This document shows positions 26,252 to 32,896 of a stretch of DNA of 43,294 bases, piece after piece. The DNA comes from a virus. Numbering within the stretch: the first letter of the stretch is position 1; each line of letters begins with the position of its first letter. The stretch is from IMG/VR virus record IMGVR_UViG_3300026223_000001. One strand, 5' to 3'. A model generated the notes under the pieces. That model ran no database searches. It was given only the letters and a program-made list of their open reading frames with translations, and had not been told where the DNA came from. A program made the position numbers and the translations under genes.

Positions 26252-26439
26252 GCAGTCACCACGATAGTTGTTTCCCGAAGTTTCTTTATCAGGTCGCGCA
26301 CTGCCGTTTCGCGTTCATCGAGAAACGTGAGAACGCGCCGAGCCTCGGGCCAATCTGGATACTGCTCAGCCATTTCTCGCAAAGGGGCGCCGGCCTCCAG
26401 TACTCGCTCGAGATGACTCATATCAACTTGCATCACCAC
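26248..26439 (-). CDS. Hypothetical protein (63 aa)
   Basis: Track ORF. Overlaps the TerL stop by 7 nt. Confidence 0.5.
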   Translation of the reverse strand: MVMQVDMSHLERVLEAGAPLREMAEQYPDWPEARRVLTFLDERETAVRDLIKKLRETTIVVTA

Positions 26440-28643
26440 TCCATTCTGACGTTAATATCGGGCGGGTGGGTAGGTTCGGAGAAGCGGTAGCTATCGGCCA
26501 TCATAGCATAGCGGTCGCAGTCGTAGGGATGGTCCTCGGCCTCGGTGTTCGTTACAAGCACGCCGTTAGCGTAATACAGGTGCGCGGCGTTCACGGTCAG
26601 ATTGTACACCCGCCTGACGCCTACGGAGTGCCCAGCCGCAGCGATACGAACAGGTTGTGGTCTTCGCGTCAATCGTCCGAAACGCTGCAGCGCACTCACT
26701 GCAAATCCGTTCAGGCTGTCGCGCCACCCGGTCGAGATAAGCGCACCGGGGCGAGCAGAGAATCTTTCGAGGATGTCTTGTTCTAAAAGTGACTCGACAA
26801 TATCCACACGCCAGTTCATGTTCAGGGGATCGTTCACGCATTTTGACGGCATTGGCGCGGAGAATCCTCCGGCCTCTTTCCGTCCCTCGCCACTCATGGA
26901 GACCGCGCTTCTGTACTGGGTTAGCGTTGCGGGCAGCGAGATGGAGAGAGGCGTGGTCACTGGGGCTAAGAACATGGAAGTTGGACGGCTCGTTGTGGGA
27001 TGTGTCGCCATCTTCGTGATGAACGTGGTAGCCCTGCGGAATCCCTTTGCCCACGATGGCATGAACGTCTCGGTACTGCGGTTTCTTGTATGGCATACGA
27101 TGTTCTTCTGCATCAGTGTATCATTCTTCCGCAGAGCCGACAACGGCACAAGACCGTGACCGCGCACGTAGACCTTGTGGTCGAGAGTGCCTTCGAGAAA
27201 CTGGCCGCCTGACAGAGGCACGTGAATAACCGGGGCGTCGCCGGAAATACCGTCTTTGATGATGGGACAGGGGCCGATGGGGGTATCCACCAACTCTCCA
27301 GCCTGTAATGTTTCAATTGCGCGATCTCCGTCCGGCGTCGATACCATCGTGCCCGCTACGAAGCAATCGACGTCTTCGATGTTCAATTCGTCCCTGGGCA
27401 AATTAGGAATGGTGCGAATGGCGTTGGGGCAATCCGTCGTCCAAACCCAGCGCGGCGGCATAATCAACTCGCCCAGATCGCCAACGTGTTCCGCCTTAGC
27501 CCGTATCCACCGGAGGTTCTTGCGGAACAAGTTAATGCCAGCCTGGCGGTTGTTGTTGCCCTTCGTCAGCGGCACACCGCCCTCGCGGTATTCGTCGGCC
27601 ACGGAATTGCCGACCGTCTCCTTACGCTGCTGCCACATCGAGGGGTCGCCCACGTACATCGAAATCCTTTCGTTTTTGCCTGCCGCCCGGATCATTTGAG
27701 CCTGTTCGGTGGCATGATGGCCGGGGCCGTACAACTCCCGGTACGTCACCACGCGCTTCTTATCTGGGCGGCGAGCGTGCCAGTGAGCGCAAAACGGGGC
27801 CATGTAGCCGTAGTCCACGCTGACGAACCGCGTCCAGTCCTTCGGTATCTCGAACGGCTGGATCACGTGCAGGTCGCGCCGCCAGACGTCGGCGAAGACC
27901 ATTCCCTCGGCGATGTCCCAATCGCCGTATCTGAGCGCCCGCGCCATGTCGCCGCCCATCGCTAACAGCGTCGCCTCGTAGCCGGGGTTGAGCGCCATGC
28001 CGATGGGGTTGTCCTCGAGCGTAGCCGGGATGAATCGCCGCGTGCGCGTCAGCTTCGAGCCATCGGCCAGGGTGATTGTGATCGGGTGCGAGCCGCCCAA
28101 CGGGTGTGGGTCGATGTAGCGTTGTTTCACCCAGCCATGCCCCAGGCCGCCGGGGTTCGTCGTCGCCGAGACCAGCGGCTTGCAGCCGGCGATCTTGCTC
28201 CGGCAGAAGGCGTTGACGTAGTTGAAGTCGTCCTCGTTCGGAAACTGCGTCAACTCCTCCCAGCCGATGTCCTCCCAGGCCGTCCCCTGCTGCCGGTAGC
28301 GGTCCTCTGAGTGATCCATGAAGTCGAACTTCATCACGGACCCGTTGTGAAACGTGAACTTGTGCTCGTCGCCCTTCCACGCCGCCCGCCCCTTGAGCAC
28401 TTCCATCGCCCGGGGGATCATCGCCCCCTCTTTCGTCAGGTCCGTCAAGTGACGCCTGAGAATCAGCGCTGCGCTCCCTGGATACTTCTCGCGCCGGAGG
28501 ATCATCTTGGCCAAGAGCGCCTCCGTCTTGCCGCCCCAGGCAGCGCCGCCGTACAGCACCTCGTCCTCACTGGCTCGCAGAAACTCCCGCTGCTTCTCCT
28601 GCAACTTCCACTGCCGGGGCCCCGCGTCAGGTGCCTGCGTCAC
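26433..28643 (-). CDS. terL: Terminase large subunit precursor, interrupted by an intein (736 aa; extein 463 aa)
   Basis: Walker A YGGAAWGGKTEA lies near the N-terminus. The C-terminal nuclease motif is ...NIEDVD|intein|TEAEDHPYDCDRYAMM. Exteins are 27366..28643 and 26433..26546. Confidence 0.85.
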   Translation of the reverse strand: MTQAPDAGPRQWKLQEKQREFLRASEDEVLYGGAAWGGKTEALLAKMILRREKYPGSAALILRRHLTDLTKEGAMIPRAMEVLKGRAAWKGDEHKFTFHNGSVMKFDFMDHSEDRYRQQGTAWEDIGWEELTQFPNEDDFNYVNAFCRSKIAGCKPLVSATTNPGGLGHGWVKQRYIDPHPLGGSHPITITLADGSKLTRTRRFIPATLEDNPIGMALNPGYEATLLAMGGDMARALRYGDWDIAEGMVFADVWRRDLHVIQPFEIPKDWTRFVSVDYGYMAPFCAHWHARRPDKKRVVTYRELYGPGHHATEQAQMIRAAGKNERISMYVGDPSMWQQRKETVGNSVADEYREGGVPLTKGNNNRQAGINLFRKNLRWIRAKAEHVGDLGELIMPPRWVWTTDCPNAIRTIPNLPRDELNIEDVDCFVAGTMVSTPDGDRAIETLQAGELVDTPIGPCPIIKDGISGDAPVIHVPLSGGQFLEGTLDHKVYVRGHGLVPLSALRKNDTLMQKNIVCHTRNRSTETFMPSWAKGFRRATTFITKMATHPTTSRPTSMFLAPVTTPLSISLPATLTQYRSAVSMSGEGRKEAGGFSAPMPSKCVNDPLNMNWRVDIVESLLEQDILERFSARPGALISTGWRDSLNGFAVSALQRFGRLTRRPQPVRIAAAGHSVGVRRVYNLTVNAAHLYYANGVLVTNTEAEDHPYDCDRYAMMADSYRFSEPTHPPDINVRMEW
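26547..27365 (-). mobile_element. Intein (273 aa) in the TerL nuclease domain
   Basis: Starts CFVAGTMVSTPDGDRAIETLQAGELV (block A) and contains GTLDH (block B TxxH). Ends VYNLTVNAAHLYYANGVLVTN followed by +1 Thr. Codon positions were checked against track coordinates (Cys codon 27363-27365, Asn codon 26547-26549). Confidence 0.8.
26566..27096 (-). CDS. HNH endonuclease (176 aa) nested in the intein, in a different reading frame from TerL
   Basis: Track ORF. YRDVHAIVGKGIPQGYHVHHEDGDTSHNEPSNFHVLSPSDHASLH is an HNH motif. Followed by CGYCRVTF...LCSPRCAY and CSECAAAF...CSYRCG zinc knuckles. (28643-27096) mod 3 = 2, so it is out of frame with TerL. Confidence 0.75.
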   Translation of the reverse strand: MPYKKPQYRDVHAIVGKGIPQGYHVHHEDGDTSHNEPSNFHVLSPSDHASLHLAARNANPVQKRGLHEWRGTERGRRILRANAVKMRERSPEHELACGYCRVTFRTRHPRKILCSPRCAYLDRVARQPERICSECAAAFRTIDAKTTTCSYRCGWALRRRQAGVQSDRERRAPVLR

Positions 28644-28680
28644 ACGCTAAATTGTGCGCTCACGTTAGCGGTATTGCAAA

Positions 28681-28842
28681 TTAGCCACCTGGCGGCCTAC
28701 AAGCGTGACACGTCGCCCAACTCGGCAGTCTCACGTCCCACCCCATTATCACCAGCACAATCCCCGCTATCAACGCCACCGGCCCCAGGACGAACAATAT
28801 CGCGAACACCGTGTAGTAAGTCGTCCACAGCGCCGTTGCCAT
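28681..28842 (-). CDS. Small membrane protein candidate (53 aa)
   Basis: Internal ATG of track ORF 28681..28890. MATALWTTYYTVFAILFVLGPVALIAGIVLVIMGW gives 1-2 TM helices. It competes with the overlapping ORF 28697..28948. Confidence 0.3.
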   Translation of the reverse strand: MATALWTTYYTVFAILFVLGPVALIAGIVLVIMGWDVRLPSWATCHACRPPGG

Positions 28843-28948
28843 CACGACGCGCCATCCGCTTCCGCCGCTTGTACTCCCGCTGGTACGCATTGTACTTCCC
28901 CCGATCCGCCCCGTTCGGAGCCTTCGTCAGCTTCACCACTCGCCTCAT
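28697..28948 (-). CDS. Hypothetical basic protein (83 aa); only the N-terminal ~35 aa look protein-like
   Basis: MRRVVKLTKAPNGADRGKYNAYQREYKRRKRMARR..., then Gly/Asp-rich sequence that overlaps the TM-encoding frame. Confidence 0.35.
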   Translation of the reverse strand: MRRVVKLTKAPNGADRGKYNAYQREYKRRKRMARRDGNGAVDDLLHGVRDIVRPGAGGVDSGDCAGDNGVGRETAELGDVSRL

Positions 28949-29078
28949 ATCCCCATTTTACTCAGCTTGATCTATTGACATGCGTACACAATTAAGCGTC
29001 TACTTCAACATAGCCGACGCTCGGGACAATCACTCCGAACGCTCTCGCCCCAAACCCTTTCAATTTACGCTCCCTACC

Positions 29079-29264
29079 TTAACCGCGTAGCGTTCCACGT
29101 CGTCTCAACCCCATCCGCCACATAGGGAAACCCCGCGCCTTTACCCCGTACATCTTCTGAGGATGCCGCGTGACGTCGGCATAGCCGCAACCGGCGTCGT
29201 GCGGTTCGACCGGCCGACCGACGCCACACACAGTACAGCGCCAAGTCTTCTGCTTCGTAGCCAT
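29079..29264 (-). CDS. Small Cys-containing protein, zinc-ribbon-like (61 aa)
   Basis: Track ORF 29079..29300 (TTG start). ATG at 29264 gives MATKQKTWRCTVCGVGRPVEPHDAGCGYADV.... TTGACA-N17-TTACCG lies just upstream on the minus strand. Confidence 0.4.
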   Translation of the reverse strand: MATKQKTWRCTVCGVGRPVEPHDAGCGYADVTRHPQKMYGVKARGFPMWRMGLRRRGTLRG

Positions 29265-29370
29265 ACGCCTACGGTAATCGATAACCGATGTAGGTGTCAA
29301 TATTGTGCGCGCAGTGCTAGGCCCATATCACCTACGCGAACATGGCCGAAGGCTGACGGCGACGGCGTGC

Positions 29371-29439
29371 CACCTATCCCACCGCCTACCCCACCCTACC
29401 CAGGGGGCGTGGCACCCTACCCTACCTTACCCTATGCCC
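29371..29439. repeat. Phased CCCTACC-type direct repeats (G-quadruplex-prone on the minus strand) in the TerS-like/TerL gap
   Basis: Sequence is cacctatccc accgcctacccc accctaccc agggggcgtgg caccctaccc taccttaccc tatgccc. CACCCTACCC occurs twice exactly, and there are ~6 degenerate ~10-11-bp units. Confidence 0.8.
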
Positions 29440-29650
29440 GATAGCAGCATCGAGGCGCAGCACCAGGGCCAGCGCCTACGTAGGGCGCTTGTACCTGCGG
29501 ATCGTGTCAACAATGGTGATTGTGCTTAACTTAGTGCGCTTGCTTGTCGTTGCAGATAGCGCTAACTATAGCACTACAGATACATTCATATACGGATGTT
29601 CGCACTATACATCTTATGGTCGAGTCTTAATTAAGGCTTGGGCGTCGCGC

Positions 29651-29836
29651 TTACGGTATCGCGTCCCAATCTTCGGCCTCGATGGCAGCGATAGTCTCGC
29701 AAGCGATTCGGCGCATATCGTGATAAGCGGCCCGGTACTCTATCCCGTTAACGGTCGTATCCTTGATAGCCTGAAGTGCGGCAAGAAGCGATGCGATCTC
29801 GGCGACGAGACACTCCGTTGCTTCTACCTGGATCAC
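29651..29836 (-). CDS. Hypothetical protein (61 aa) ending in EDWDAIP
   Basis: Track ORF, ATGA-coupled to the TerS-like gene. Confidence 0.45.
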   Translation of the reverse strand: MIQVEATECLVAEIASLLAALQAIKDTTVNGIEYRAAYHDMRRIACETIAAIEAEDWDAIP

Positions 29837-30285
29837 GGGATCGCGTCCCAGTCCTCTTGAGTGACGACTAGGTGCACCTGTGAGACGGTCACCGGCTGTG
29901 TCACCTTGCCGTCAACACGATCTAGCCATAGCTCCAACGCCCGGACCGAGTGCGCTTCGTTCGCGGTCGCCAACTTGTAGGCCGCCTCAACGATGTCGTC
30001 GTCGCAGCGTGAGCCTGGGTTCAGCTTAGACAGCTGTTGCCCCTTCGCGCGCATCTTGTCTGCTAGCGATTCACCGCGTTTAGGTCTGCCGGCGGGGTTG
30101 CCGGTTTGTCCTGGGAGCCAACCCGCACCAGTCGCACCGCCCAGCTTGTAAGTTGTATCGCTTCCGCGCGAGGCCGGTTGCTCAACTTGCAGCTGCCGTT
30201 CGTGTTCTGCTTGCGTTAACTCGAGTCGCTGAAGCCTAAGAGCAGGGCGTGTTGGTGTTAGCGGTTCGTCGTCGGGCTCGCTCAT
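29833..30285 (-). CDS. Terminase small subunit-like protein (150 aa) ending in EDWDAIP
   Basis: GQTGNPAGRPKRGES matches the GNPxGRPKG motif seen in many small-terminase-like (DUF5681-type) phage proteins. Lies ~1.2 kb upstream of TerL. Confidence 0.4.
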   Translation of the reverse strand: MSEPDDEPLTPTRPALRLQRLELTQAEHERQLQVEQPASRGSDTTYKLGGATGAGWLPGQTGNPAGRPKRGESLADKMRAKGQQLSKLNPGSRCDDDIVEAAYKLATANEAHSVRALELWLDRVDGKVTQPVTVSQVHLVVTQEDWDAIP

Positions 30286-30419
30286 ACTTCGTACCAGTGA
30301 TTGACCTGGAGCACGTAAGCGGTAAGTTTACGTGTCTCGGACAGTTCCAGCCCGAGAGTCACCGGGTTAACCCACTTGCCGTTCACGAGCACATCGTAGA
30401 AACGCGGCTTGTCGCTCAT
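30282..30419 (-). CDS. Hypothetical small protein (45 aa)
   Basis: Below the track cut-off. MSDKPRFYDVLVNGKWVNPVTLGLELSETRKLTAYVLQVNHWYEV. Its TGA overlaps the ATG of the TerS-like gene. Confidence 0.35.
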   Translation of the reverse strand: MSDKPRFYDVLVNGKWVNPVTLGLELSETRKLTAYVLQVNHWYEV

Positions 30420-30653
30420 GCCTGCAATCGTAGCACAAGCGCCGGTCGCCTATCCGTCTATGCGGAAGGATTCATGTAGTCGAATCGTCGCTAAACCCCT
30501 TGCATTGCCATCCATAGACGCGGATACTGCGAAGTGTCAGGCAACCCCTAGAGCGAAAGGTGAGAACAATGGCGAAGCTAATGTCCGCGGTAACTATCCC
30601 ATGACTGCCGAGATTGGGGTACACTGGCAGCGCGATGTCAACGCTGAAAGTGC

Positions 30654-31469
30654 CTATGAGGGCGGTGGGTCTTGAACAGGCCCGAGCTTGGATTCAGGGA
30701 TGAGGATGCCCGACTCATAGAAGAAGCGGGCGAACCGTGGCAGCACACGGTCTCTTACCTCCATCAACAGAGCGTTCAGGCAAGTGGCTACCTCAGCGCC
30801 CCGCGTCGGCCAAGTATTTTCAAAAGCTACCGAGAAGGTTGGGCGCACTTGCACGTCCATGTCTGCTGGAACGCGCAGCACTCCTGCCTCGTCTTCTTGA
30901 ACCCCCAGCCGGACTTGATCGACGGAAATAGTTTCGGGCGCAGCAACACTGAGGTGTTCGACCGACGGTTGAAGGATGCGGAGCATGCGGTGCTTGTCAA
31001 CTCGGTTGAAGTCATGGAGAAACATCAAGGGCTGTTCCTCAGCGTCATAAGGCCACGCGCCATGCCAGTCTTTCGGAACGTAGTAAGGCTGCAAACTCTG
31101 CACGACTGTCTTCGCTTCAACCCCAACGCCCTTCAAATAAGTCTGCTCATGTTTGAAGTAACCAACTTTGGTCGGGAAGATGGGAAACAGCAAGGTGCTA
31201 TAACGGTCGTCTGGACAGCCAGCCAAATTGAATATCAAGGAGTCGAGCGCAGAGCGGAGGTGGTGAAGAAACTCGCTCACCTCCAGGGTGAAGGTGTCCG
31301 GCGGGTCTGGGAAGAAGACGCCGATGAGCTTCTCTCCTGTGTTGGGGTCTATGCCGGTTCCCGTAGTGTGGGTGTTTCCCTTGATAAAGTCCGACATTTC
31401 GGTTTTGAGAGTGTCGAGCTGCTTCTCTGCCCGATCGACGCGCAAGCTACAAGAGGAAGGCAATCGCAT
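30654..31469 (-). CDS. Unrecognised 271-aa protein in the AT-richer accessory island (alternative start ATG 31397)
   Basis: Track ORF. Notable motifs are SEFLHHLRSALDSLIFNL and FLHDFNRVDKHRML. No family recognised. The antisense 343-aa ORF is a shadow. Confidence 0.6.
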   Translation of the reverse strand: MRLPSSCSLRVDRAEKQLDTLKTEMSDFIKGNTHTTGTGIDPNTGEKLIGVFFPDPPDTFTLEVSEFLHHLRSALDSLIFNLAGCPDDRYSTLLFPIFPTKVGYFKHEQTYLKGVGVEAKTVVQSLQPYYVPKDWHGAWPYDAEEQPLMFLHDFNRVDKHRMLRILQPSVEHLSVAAPETISVDQVRLGVQEDEAGVLRVPADMDVQVRPTFSVAFENTWPTRGAEVATCLNALLMEVRDRVLPRFARFFYESGILIPESKLGPVQDPPPS

Positions 31470-31623
31470 GCGTTACACTCAAATCATGGTGGGCAAGAAG
31501 ACGCAGAAGACCCCGAAGGGCTACGAGATTCCAGTACCGACACGCAAGGACTTCGACGCGATCTTGGACAAGGTAGCGAAGCCCCCGAAGCGCTCAACTC
31601 CCAAGCGCCGCCCGACCAAGTAG
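31468..31623 (+). CDS. Small basic protein (51 aa) divergent from the 271-aa gene
   Basis: Internal ATG of track ORF 31288..31623, preceded by GAGGAAGG at 8-nt spacing. MRYTQIMVGKKTQKTPKGYEIPVPTRKDFDAILDKVAKPPKRSTPKRRPTK. Confidence 0.45.
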   Translation: MRYTQIMVGKKTQKTPKGYEIPVPTRKDFDAILDKVAKPPKRSTPKRRPTK

Positions 31624-31956
31624 CGCCTCAAAGCGCGTCTCAGCCTCATAGCGCTGGTTGTACCGCCAAGCGTACTCATTCAGGTAGCCCTGAAGATGCT
31701 TAGCGGACACCGAATGGTAGACGCCACCAATGCCGCGCTTCACGAGCGACCAAAATCCCTCAATCGTGTTCGTGTGGATGTCCCCGCTCACGTAGACCTT
31801 CGCCGAGTGATTGATGCGCCGGTGCCCATAGCCCTGTTTAGTGAGCCGGTCGTAGACCTTGTATTCGTCGGTGTAGACCATCGACGCGGGCATGACCCGA
31901 TTGACGATGTGCGGCATGACGGTAGCGCGGGCAACGTTCGGGACAGTCATAGCCAC
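31594..31956 (-). pseudogene. IS1595-family (ISXO2-like) transposase, C-terminal fragment only
   Basis: ...SMVYTDEYKVYDRLTKQGYGHRRINHSAKVYVSGDIHTNTIEGFWSLVKRGIGGVYHSVSAKHLQGYLNEYAWRYNQR matches the C-terminal DDE-domain region of IS1595 transposases. The N-terminal zinc-ribbon and first catalytic region are missing, and no inverted repeats were seen. Confidence 0.65.
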
Positions 31957-31986
31957 GACCTTCCCGCGCCGCCATCGAGGCCGCCG

Positions 31987-32103
31987 GTGCGTAAGCTCTC
32001 ACGCTGCCAACACTGCGGCTGGACCTGGTTTCGGCGCCCAGGACCACGGCCCGCACGCTGCCCACAAGCGAAGTGCCGAAGCATGAACTGGGATCGGAAA
32101 TAA
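31987..32103 (+). CDS. Zinc-ribbon micro-protein (38 aa)
   Basis: In-frame GTG within track ORF 31696..32103, preceded by GAGG. (M)RKLSRCQHCGWTWFRRPGPRPARCPQAKCRSMNWDRK has a CxxC...CxxxC pattern. Confidence 0.35.
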   Translation: MRKLSRCQHCGWTWFRRPGPRPARCPQAKCRSMNWDRK

Positions 32104-32198
32104 TGGGCGTCATAGAGGATTGGGCTCTAATCTTTGCGTGTTTTCTGCTCGCCCTTGTCATTGGCCTTGGCCTTCTGTTGGGCGACGCACTGAAATGA
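32103..32198 (+). CDS. 31-aa hydrophobic peptide
   Basis: ATG overlaps the preceding TAA (TAATG). MGVIEDWALIFACFLLALVIGLGLLLGDALK is one TM helix. Its TGA overlaps a further ATG (ATGA). Confidence 0.3.
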   Translation: MGVIEDWALIFACFLLALVIGLGLLLGDALK

Positions 32199-32218
32199 AA
32201 AAGGCACTTAGGCAGGAA

Positions 32219-32247
32219 CTTGAGCGCCAGTTACGCTGGCGCTCAAG
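32219..32247. promoter_or_regulatory. Perfect 12-bp inverted repeat with a 5-nt loop
   Basis: CTTGAGCGCCAG-ttacg-CTGGCGCTCAAG. Confidence 0.7.
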
Positions 32248-32405
32248 AATCTTCCAAAATGCTAGTCGAGGCTATAGAGATTCAGGGCGCGATTGCCAGG
32301 CTTAGCGCGAGAAATTTAGAAGCGACAACTAAAGAAGAGCTGGCCGAAATTACCTTGCGAATCAAAGAGCTGACGGCGCGCCAAAAAGCCCTAACGCGCC
32401 CCTAA
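32220..32405 (+). CDS. Hypothetical coiled-coil-like protein (61 aa; real start uncertain, possibly ATG 32259)
   Basis: Track ORF. ...MLVEAIEIQGAIARLSARNLEATTKEELAEITLRIKELTARQKALTRP. It competes with the frame 32195..32305 (MKKALRQELERQ...). Confidence 0.3.
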   Translation: MSASYAGAQESSKMLVEAIEIQGAIARLSARNLEATTKEELAEITLRIKELTARQKALTRP

Positions 32406-32414
32406 CGCACAACA

Positions 32415-32457
32415 AGACGCCCCGCTGAAAAGGGAGAACTTAAACAGCGGGACGTCT
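32415..32457. terminator. Hairpin between convergent genes (bidirectional terminator candidate)
   Basis: AGACGCCCCGCTG-17 nt-CAGCGGGACGTCT forms a 13-bp stem with one mismatch. It lies between the plus-strand ORF end (32405) and the minus-strand ORF end (32482). Confidence 0.4.
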
Positions 32458-32481
32458 CTGCGTCTGGAGGAACGCCTATGT

Positions 32482-32748
32482 TTAGGGGCCAGCAGGAGCC
32501 GCTGGCGTAGGCGCTGGGGCCGGAGTGGTATCAGCAGCCACCTCAGCGTCCAGAGCGGCCTGGATCGCGCTGTCCTTGGCTGCTAGGCCCGCCAGCGCGT
32601 CAGTCACGGACTGCGGAATCGCGCCCGGAACCTGCGCCGCGCGAATCGCCGCCGTCTCCGTCGCGATCTGTGCGATGCTCTTCGAATTGCTATCGAACGC
32701 TGCGTTGAGCAGGTTGATTGCGGTTAGGGTTTCTTGTTCTGTCGCCAT
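32482..32748 (-). CDS. Hypothetical protein (88 aa)
   Basis: Track ORF 32482..32868. The likely start is ATG 32748 (MATEQETLTAINLL...). Ala/Pro-rich tail. Confidence 0.45.
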   Translation of the reverse strand: MATEQETLTAINLLNAAFDSNSKSIAQIATETAAIRAAQVPGAIPQSVTDALAGLAAKDSAIQAALDAEVAADTTPAPAPTPAAPAGP

Positions 32749-32896
32749 AATTTCCCAATCCCTTCTGAGTATGCGGATTACTAGATGCTCGATTTGGTGT
32801 AGGTGGCTGTGCAACGCTACGTTGCCGAGTTCCCACGTTTCATGTGCGTGCTCGTCGTTCATACGCATTGGATTATACGCTTATACCTTTGCGCGT

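Noticed and set aside
26547-27365. Insert in TerL as a self-splicing (group I/II) intron carrying a free-standing HNH gene.
   Set aside because: The TerL reading frame stays open across the whole insert. The insert is bounded by canonical Hint blocks (Cys1, TxxH, terminal Asn followed by Thr), which fits protein splicing rather than RNA splicing.
28681-28948. Single gene produced by frameshifting between ORFs 28697..28948 and 28681..28890.
   Set aside because: There is no slippery site. Two overlapping candidates are reported at low confidence instead.
29371-29439. CCCTACC repeat cluster as a CRISPR array.
   Set aside because: The units are ~10 bp, contiguous and degenerate, with no spacers and no cas genes.
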